NCBI RefSeq assembly: GCF_009914755.1
Contig: NC_060943.1
Source: the human T2T-CHM13v2.0 reference genome, Homo sapiens
Reading direction: 5' to 3' (one strand)
DNA: 64,000 nucleotides
Part shown: one piece after another, positions 54,627 through 64,000 of the stretch
How positions within the stretch are numbered: the stretch's first letter is position 1
Layout: each line of letters begins with the position of its first letter
Made by a program: the position numbers and the translations under genes
The notes under the pieces: model-generated
Told to the model about the DNA's origin: nothing
Seen by the model: only the letters and a program-made list of their open reading frames with translations
Databases searched by the model: none

Positions 54627-55094
54627 TCCTAATAGTAATAGTTATACTTTTTTTTCCCCAAGCTTTACACAAGTAATATGCACATGGAGGAAATGCTAGA
54701 AAGATGGAGAATCCAAGAAAAACTCTATATCTATAAAATGGTTTAGCCAATCTCTGATTCGTGAACACGGGACTTGTTTCTTTTCTTTTTTTTTTTTTTT
54801 TTTTTGCCTGAGATGCAACCTCTGAGGTGTACGTTTCTGCAGCATTTGTGACCTCATCGATCATTCTGATCTTCTGCACCATTATTTCCTTAGGTGTGTT
54901 GCCTCGCAGTAGACTCTCTGGTCACAGGCTGGTGAGTCCGAGGTGGCAGAGCTAAACCACCCACTGTGTGCTGCGGCTCTAGACTGTTTGTTTTACGCTG
55001 GTGTTTGCACCATGAGAAAATCCCCTCGTAAGATTGTACTGAAGCCTGTCTCCCTGAAGCTAGGTAGTTCCCTATCACCACGCCACTCTGTGAC

Positions 55095-55625
<531 letters not shown>

Positions 55626-56924
55626 ATGGGAGGGTTTACCCTGGGGCCTGTGGGAGCACCTTGGTGCCCAGTTTGTTCTCAAAGGATCTGAAAGGGCAAG
55701 GAACCACTTCAATTAGCTCAGCGACTTCTTTGGCAAGGAGGAGTAACTCTTTCCCTCTGTAGAATTAGGCCAATCCTGGTGACTTCCTGGAGGAAGCAGA
55801 CAAGTCTCTTTTAGCCACTGTGGCTGGCTGCTGTTCTTTCCCTGGCTGGGAGCCACAGTCTAAGTAAATGCCTTGTCACATACAGAAGAGGCCCTGGGAG
55901 AAGAGTCCAGTGGGTGCTTCCCAGGAAGGCATCCCAGGCTGGGAAGGGAGGGAGAGGGCCGGAGCAGGATGGGAGCTGCTGAGGCCCAGTGAAAGCTTTG
56001 TTGCACCCTACACACCACATAGGGGGCCTCCCCGAGGGAGAGCACTCTGGGGGACGCAGGACAGTTCTCCACACCAGAAAGTGAGAGGCAGGCTCCTGGC
56101 TCCAGCTCATGGCCCCCTGACCATGCTGTCCTTGGAGGCAGTGGCTCATGAATGGAGGAAGACACATCAGGTGGTCAGGGGTGTGAGGCTCCTACTGGGA
56201 CCCTGCAGCTGGAGCGTGCAGAGAACCTGTGAGGCCCCACACTGGGAAGGAGGGCTCACATTTTATCCATTTCCCTGTCTGCCTTAGGAACTGTCCATAC
56301 CTGCCCCACAGGGGCTCTGGGTGTCTCATGGGAGGGCTGCACCCCCAGTATGTCAGAACGTCCATCTGCAGCCTGCAGCAGAGGATTGCAGGCACTCGTG
56401 GATACGGCCCCTCTTCTTTTTGGGTGGTGGGTGGGACATGAACTGAACGAGGGCTTGCTATGAGAATGGGTGGAAGTGACTTCTAGTCAATTGCCCTTTA
56501 TCTTCTGATGAAGCAAAACGTCATATGCTTAGATATTAAGCCAGAGACAAACACATTTTCTCACGTTAAAGGAAAGGCTGAGGGCGGAACGTCCCCACTT
56601 CACTTTGGAGCCGGGCCCCACACACATTTTCGGGGCCATGCGTTTAGTCATCCTGCTGGACTATTTGGGCAGCTCGCTTTCCTTCTCTGGGCTTTGGCTT
56701 TTTCCTCCACATCATGGGAATTTGGGTGGGGAAGTGTAGAAGATTCGGAGACGCCTCTCAGCTTCCATTTTTCCTTCATCTTTCAATGTTTCCCCCACCT
56801 TTCTCTCCTCTCCCTTCCTAAATGTTTCCATGGCTTGGGGGTGATTTTAAAGGGTCTTACCTGCTGTTCCTTGAGTAGAGAATTAACGTTCCTAGGGTCC
56901 AAGTATTTCCTCGATTTCCTGCTG

Positions 56925-57234
56925 TTTTTTTTTTTTTTTTTTTTTTTTTTTTTGACCGAGTTTCACTCTTGTTGCCCGGGCTGGAGTGCAGTGGCGTGAT
57001 CTCCGGTTCACTGCAACCTCCACCTCCCAGGTTCAAGAGATTTTCCTGCCTCAGCCTCCCGAGTAGCTGGGATTACAGGCATATGCCACCACACCAGGCT
57101 AATTTTGTATTTTTAGTAAAGATGGGGTTTCTCCATGTTGGTCACGATGGTCTCGAACTTCCAACCTCAGGTGATCCGGCCACCTCAGCCTCCCAAAGTG
57201 CTGGGATTACAGGCGTGAGCCACCACGCCTGGCT
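56925..57234 (-). mobile_element. AluSp-like with 12-bp TSD
   Basis: TSD gatttcctgctg at 56913-56924 and 57235-57246. Confidence 0.95.
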
Positions 57235-57449
57235 GATTTCCTGCTGATTTTTGCATCTGAGCTTCATCGTGTCGTCTCTGAGGGACCCATGTGCCTGGTG
57301 AGGGGCTGGGGAGACTCTCTTCTATCTCATTTCCCGTGGGCCCCCCTTCCACCTCCCATCTCTCCTGGATGCCATAGAGGCAGAGCCTTGCAGCTGGAGG
57401 GGCACTGCCAGGGCCCCTGCTTTACCCAGCACGTCTGTGAGTGTGTTAA

Positions 57450-57620
57450 CTGTGGCCGAGGACTCTGGTGCTGGCCCTTAGGAGCTGTGTGGCCCAGCAA
57501 GGGCTCCTCAGCCTCTCTGTGCCTTGGTTTCCTCCATGTAAAAATGAGGACGATGGTAGTGTTTGCCTCTCTTTATAAAGCCCTTAGTGAAGACTCCAGT
57601 GCTCAATAGACGTCATCTGT
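57450..57620 (+). mobile_element. MIR
   Basis: gctgtgtggccc...cctctctgtgccttggtttcctccatgtaaaaatgagga. Confidence 0.75.
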
Positions 57621-57764
57621 TATGAGGTTTATTTCTACGCTATACAATACAAACACAAACAGGTGAAAATGGGCAACTTGGCCAGGGGAGTGGTTGGTTT
57701 TTCATTTTTATCATTTTCATTTTTTTTTTTTTACCCCATTGAATGTTTATTTCATTTGGGTACA

Positions 57765-58139
<375 letters not shown>

Positions 58140-58379
58140 TGACTGTTGGGAGGTGTGCAGCTCACGGGGTCGGCCTCACTGGTTTGTGTCATTGAATCTG
58201 GTAGCCATTTGTCTATATCCCTAGTGCGATGTTGGGACCAGTTGTTTGCATCAGGCTCTCTTCGCTGGAGGTTGATTAGGGTGCCCTTGTCGAGCAGTCA
58301 CTGATGCTGTCCTAGGCAGGCAGCTTTCCTTCTCTGTGTGGAGCAAATTCAAGATGGTTTAGTTCCTGCCCAACGTGCC

Positions 58380-58860
58380 ACAGTGAGTCTCAATTCAAAC
58401 TGACTTTAACTACAATTATAACCACAGAGGAGCAGTGAGATTCACGGAACTGGAAGGTCTGGACTCTAACTGAGGTGGAGTTAGCAGCTCAAACGGCAAC
58501 CCCATGGACTTACCTCATAGTAGCAAAATGGCTGCCATAGCTCACACCTCACATCCCCATGCCACCAAACAGAGCAGCACTTTTTTCTAGAGGTCTAGCA
58601 ATGATCTTCTTGCATCCTACTAGGTGTTTTTGTACTATTATGCCCATTCCTGAACCAGTCACTGCTGCCAGGGGAATGGGGTGTACCACTTGGTTCATGG
58701 CAAGGAAGTTAGTCCTTGGAGGAGTGGGAAAGAGAGAATGCCAGCTCATCCATCCCGTGGCCGAATGTGACAGAGAGAAGCTTTCTCACAGAGATTCAGA
58801 CGGAGGAGGAGGCATGGAGCTTGGGCAACTAAATGGTGTCCAAAATGTCACCACTCCGAG
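58380..58860. mobile_element. MLT1 (ERVL-MaLR) LTR remnant
   Basis: caattcaaactgactttaa...tagcaaaatggctgcca...tgcccattcctgaaccagtcactg. Confidence 0.6.
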
Positions 58861-59659
58861 GTTCTTCTAGTAGCAGAGGCACTGGCCCTCCTGCTCAGGA
58901 CACCTGAAGAGGTGTCCTGGCCTCCCTGAGCAAGGTGGTTTGGAGTCTGCACGTGGTGACGAGGTTCTGTCCTCCCATTCTCCCATCACAGAGATATGAC
59001 TGTGTTACATGGGTCAGCGAGTTCTTTGGCCACTTTCTCCAGGAGTCCATTCCTGCCTGTTCTCTTCTTTTTGGTAATACTGAGTCTCATCTCAGCTAGG
59101 AAGTGACAATGGACACCAGCAAAGCCAAATGACATATCCTTCCATGTGGCCACTGTGTGTGCAGGACTGTGTCCCTCATCATGTTAGTGGAGAAAGGGGT
59201 GGCACCCAAGAGGAAGGGAAGGTGGGATTCCCTGCTCTTGAGGAGAAGCTGGCCTGTCTTTGGGAATGGCCCACACATAAAAGAGAGTTGGGAAGCCACA
59301 GAAAAACAGTGGTTAGCTCAGGGATTGCGACTCAGGGTGCAGGGCCTGGGATGTCCTCTCAAGCACAAGGGAACAGCCTGGTCATCTTCCTTGCACCTCC
59401 TTCTCCTTCACTGCCTCTTCCCCAGGTAGAAACAAGATGCCTGCCCCCCAAACCTACATTTGTCCTCACTCTGAAAGGACACAGAAGGAGATAAGACTGC
59501 AGGGTCAGGCCGTGTGGGCGCGTCGGAGGGGTTGGGCATAGGGTGAGCCCAGGCCTCTGGCATGGGCTCCCATTTCCCTGTTGCCCAGGAGTGTTCCACA
59601 GAAGGTATCACTGGGAATCTGCCCTCCCAGAGATTCCCGGAGGTCTGGAGGGGACAGCG

Positions 59660-59775
59660 TATCAGCGGATGTGTAAACTGAGGCATGGAGAGGTTGGATT
59701 GAGTTGTAAGGCTAGAAGTGGCAGAGCTGGCATTTGAACCCACCTCTGTGTGACCTCACACCTTTTAACTCCACC
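59660..59775 (-). mobile_element. MIR fragment
   Basis: taaactgaggcatggagaggtt...agtggcagagctggcatttgaaccca. Confidence 0.75.
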
Positions 59776-60774
59776 TTTGGGCCATGCTGGGAGTTGTGTA
59801 AATGCAGCAGAAGGCAGAATGCAGCTCACCAGCAAACTCGGCTGCTGGTAGGACAGGCTGCAGGGAGGTCAGAGGTCACCACTTCCCTCTCTTTGCTTCT
59901 CAGTAGGAGTCATCCCGACATCCCTTCAGAGAAAAGAGCAGGGAAGGAGGATAGCCCAGCACTTACTCCCTTGGTGATGTCTGATGGGACCCCCCTGAGC
60001 CCCACACTTAGGCTTGAGGTGACCCCCCAGAGCTGTGGTTGTGAATATCCCCGAGCCCCTGCTCAAGGTCACACTTGTTCCCCTAGTGTCTAAGACAGGG
60101 AGGAGGAAAGGGGAAGAGGCCCTCTGAGGCCACAGGAGCATGGGCTGGCGGACAGGCCAGCACAGCCTGACTTGGGCTGCCCGGCTCTCCGCCTGTGTGA
60201 GCTTGCCCCCGTCTCAGTTCCCCAGTCCCTTCTGACACTATGATGCTTCATGAGTGTCCTTTACATGCTCTAGCCCGCAGCTCCGTGTGGGGAGATGGCC
60301 TGCATGTGTGGCTGGTGGGAGAAGGGGCCTGCAGGTAGAAGAACGTTGCTGGCACCGCCGGTGCTGCCTTGTGCATGAGCTTGCAGACACCATCCGGAAG
60401 TCAGCTCTCCACCCCCACCCCTTCTCCAGAAGAGGAGAGACTCCCCCATCAGTAGACAAAGAGAAAGAGAAGAAGGAGATCTCTAATCCTCCGGCCTGGT
60501 CAGGGCAGTCCATGGGGTTGTAAATTAGGAGGGCTAGATGATTGTCTGGGAGGGCCTCCAGAGGAGGGGTGGCTGAGAGTTTTGTTGTTGTGGGCACAGA
60601 GGGCTGGAGCAAGCAGCCACTTTGCACTGGACACATGCAGCAGGAAGCTTGGGGCTGGCACGAGGCCCTGGCCCCACCTAAGATGCTCTTGGAGAAAGGG
60701 CCCAGGACTCAGTAGAGGGGCTGAGTCTGCTGTGATGGATGGGAGGAGGCCAGCAGGTTCTTTTCTTGTGATTT

Positions 60775-61138
60775 TGTGTGTGTGAGTGTGTGTGTGTGTG
60801 TGTGTGTGTTGAATGTGTGTTGTGCATGTGGGGATATGGATATATTGGTGGGTGTGCTTGTGCTGTCTTGGGGTGGTGATGCTGTATGTATATCTGCAAG
60901 TTACCTTAATTTTTCAGGTGTAGGTAGCTGCGGGTGCATGTATCCCTCTGTGCCTGTGTGTATGTGTTGGCGTGTGTGTCTTGGGCTATGGCTGTCTTGG
61001 TATGAGAGAGGATGTGCCTGTGTTGAGTATGTGTATTGATGTGTGCACAGGTGACAGTGACTTGGGATGTGAATGTCAGTATCTTTGTGGTTATTGGGAA
61101 GTGTTAGGATGTGGCATTTGGGTGTGCAATTATGTTGC
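60775..61138. repeat. (TG)n-rich low-complexity region
   Basis: (TG)n run followed by degenerate TG-rich sequence. Confidence 0.85.
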
Positions 61139-61645
61139 TGTGTTGGCATGGGATGGGGTGTGTGTTGTGTGGATAAGGATGTGTGTGTTGTGATGGGTGT
61201 ATCCATATGCATTTGCCTGTGTTGGAATGGGATAGGGTGTGTGTTGTGTGGATAAGGATGTGTGTGTTGGGATGCATGTATCCATATGCATTTGCCTGTG
61301 TTGGAATGGAATGGTGTGAGTGTTGTGTGGATAAGGATGTGTGTGTTGGGATGGGTGTATCCATATGTATTTGTCTGTGTTGGCATGGGATGGGTGTGTG
61401 TTGTGTGGATAAGGATGTGTTTGCTGGGATGGGCGTATCCGTATGCATTTGCCTGTGTTGGAATGGGATGGGGTGTGTGTTGTGTGGATAAGGATGTGTG
61501 TGTTGAGATGCCTGTATCCGTACGCATTTGCCTGTGTTGGAATGGGATGGGGTGTGTGTTGTGTGGATAAGGATGTGTGTGTTGGGATGCGTGTATCTGT
61601 ATGCATTTGCCTGTGTTGGCATGGATTGGGGGTGCATGTGTGTTG
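61139..61645. repeat. 79-bp minisatellite, about 6.4 copies
   Basis: Anchor ggataagg at 61171, 61250, 61329, 61407, 61486, 61565 (periods 79, 79, 78, 79, 79). Confidence 0.95.
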
Positions 61646-63649
61646 CATATCATGATGGCTTATTATTACATAGGGTGGATTTGACCTCCCCCAAGGACTA
61701 TGACCTTCAACTTTCCTTAGAGGAGAGGTATCTGGGTTCTGAGACTGTCCTTGCCCCTTTTTCCAAAACCTTCGCTCATCACTAGAGGGGTCTTCCCTCC
61801 CTAATGCTGGCTCAGCCTCAGGTGGAAGATCTGGCTTTTGGGGTGCAAGTTGGGAAATGCAGAAAGCCCTGCCTTCCAGTATGCAGCTGTGGCCTCTCCA
61901 GCCTCAAGCACCTCCTGGAAGAAGCTGGGGCTTGAGGCTCTGGGGTCCCCATTCAGGGAGCCTCTGTTCTGGAGCTCAGCCAGCCTTGTGCCCGGAGGAG
62001 GTCCGTGAGCTCCATGAGGCAGGGGTTGTGTTTTCTTCAGCCGTCTTTCCATCATGCTTCCCTGCACGGGGCATAGAGCACAGCAGATGTCAGGGAATGT
62101 GGTCAACTTATACAGAATGAAATGAAATGCCTTCTCTCAGCACAAAAGGCACTTTGCCCAGCAGCCAACTGGGATTTAGTCCTTCCCACCGCTCTTCCTG
62201 TAAGAACCTAAATTTACAGCACAGGGCCTGCCACCGTAGACTTTTGGTGGGGGTTATTGTGAGCTGGGCAGGTTACCAGGTGCATGAGGGAGCGTGGGGG
62301 TTTGAGATGGGGTGCAGGCATGGTGGTGTGGCTCGGGGATGAAACCTCATGGTGATGTGTTCTGTTTGCTGTCAGCATCCTCGGGACCCCCTCTCAGGGA
62401 CAGTGGTGACCTTGGCTCCATGTCCAACTTCTCCCTGGATGATTATTCTCCTTCACGAGCCTAAGAGGCGGCTCTAGGAGTAGCTGTTTTCTCTCTTGCC
62501 TCCCTCCTGTTGAAGTTCACCAACAGAGTAGCTGCCTCATTCACTTGTGCCTGTTGGAAGCCAGGGGTACAACCTTCAACTGCGGTCACTGCCTCTTAGG
62601 TCTGCGGAGTGTTTAAGGCCTAAGCCCTGTGGCCAGCACCTGCAAAGTGATCACATCGCTGCTTACGGGTTTAGCTGACCAAGTTCTATGGACACGATGA
62701 AGGATTAGGGGTGCAGGCCTGGGGCGATGGGGGTGGAAGTGAGTCTGACTGAGTTTACCACAAGGCAGGGATTTCAGAAAGGCACCCACACATTCTGCAG
62801 CCAGCTGGGGGTGTCGACCAGAGCCTGGGGACCAGACGGCGCTGGGCCCTCGAGGGGTAAAGGTCAATCAGCTTTTCCTGACCTCTGCATGCACATAACA
62901 TAGGAATCTCCCTTTCCTGAAATTCCAACACATCTTCTCCCAGCCATTTCATAAGGTCAGAAAGAACAAATTTCAAGAATAAGAAGGTAGTGGGTTAGGG
63001 GAGTCATGAATTGGATGAAAATCATGGGATCATGATTTTCCTGGAAATCACCAAGACCCCAAGTGGCAGCTCCGCCAGCTTCTGCTTGGAAATGTGTGCA
63101 GCCAGGTGCATTGGGGTCAATGGTCCTTTTTTGGTTAGTGGTTGATGACACGCTGTCATCTCCAGGAAGTAGGTCCCATGGGAAGAATGGCACATGGGTC
63201 CAGGAGACTATTCAGGGGAGAGAGAGCCTGAGCACAGGAGAAAGGGCAGAACATGAGTGCCCAGGAGGGAGAGGGCAAAGCGGGGTCCATCAGGGTGGGG
63301 CTCCTCCTCCTGCCCGAGTTCCTTACCAGGAAGCACAAGGTTCTGTGGAGGCCTAGAGGGCCCCTTTGATGGCTGTGGCTCTTCGGGGAATTTGGATGGA
63401 AAGTGGCTGGAACCCCCAAGGGATGCAGCACTCTGGAGAACAGGGACTGCCTGATGAGAACTGGGGCCGTCGGGGTTGATGAGAGAGCAGTGATGTCAGC
63501 CCAGGCAACAGAGTGGTCATTGGAACCATATTGTTTCCACGCTTAGAATCCCCCAGTGACTTCCCATTCATGAAGTACGGAGTTAAATCTGTGGCGGACA
63601 AGGCCCCATCACCTCCCACTCTCCCTGGTCTCACTCTGCTGAGGCCCTG

Positions 63650-64000
63650 CCACCTTGCCTCTATTCTCATTCCCTGAAGCCAGCCCTGTAGTGGCCTCAG
63701 CATTGCCTGCTGCTCTCTCAGGCCTGCTCTCCCCGCAGACCATCCTGTTACTGGCTTCATCTCACCTTCACCTCAACGCCACTTCCTCTGGGAGGCCTTT
63801 CCAGGGACCTTAGTAGGAACTATCCCTCCCCAGTCACCCCCTGAAGATGTTTCTCTGTAGGATTTGCATCTCTGAGGTGTTTGGAGGGCACCTTGTTCAC
63901 TCTTCCTGGTTTTCTTCTTCACTCATTCATTCATTTTCTTTCTTGTGTATTTGTTGACTTGCCCCTGGTGTGAGCGCCAGGAGAGCAGGGTTGGTCCCTT
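63650..64000 (+). mobile_element. L2 fragment
   Basis: ctggcttcatctcaccttca...ccacttcctctgggaggcctttcc...tgtgagcgccaggagagcaggg. Confidence 0.6.

Noticed and set aside
60901-61655. Repetitive 170-250 aa ORFs, and a possible CRISPR-like array
   Set aside because: Head-to-tail 79-bp minisatellite with no unique spacers, in a human intron; ORFs follow from the TG/CA composition.

Overview
Human (primate) genomic DNA from inside the ZNF536 gene, which is transcribed on the + strand. The only supportable coding sequence is one large GC-rich exon, 42038-44209 (2172 nt). It has an acceptor AG at 42036-42037, ATG at 42040 and donor CAG|GTAGGT at 44209/44210, and encodes residues 1-723 including seven C2H2 zinc fingers. 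The rest is intron: 17 Alus, old L1/L2/MIR/LTR/DNA-transposon fragments, simple repeats, a 79-bp minisatellite, and repeat-poor AT-rich blocks that look like developmental enhancers. The most striking observation is that the exon length is exactly 724 codons. Back-splicing would join TCA-G to GG-ATG in frame with no stop, giving a circular RNA with an endless ORF and a strong Kozak context. The flanking Alus are polarised (antisense upstream, sense downstream) in the arrangement that favours circularisation. This is an inference; the sequence cannot show that the circle is made or translated. Repeat subfamily names come from recalled consensus sequences and boundaries of old repeats are approximate. 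No rRNA, tRNA, CRISPR or prokaryotic features were seen.
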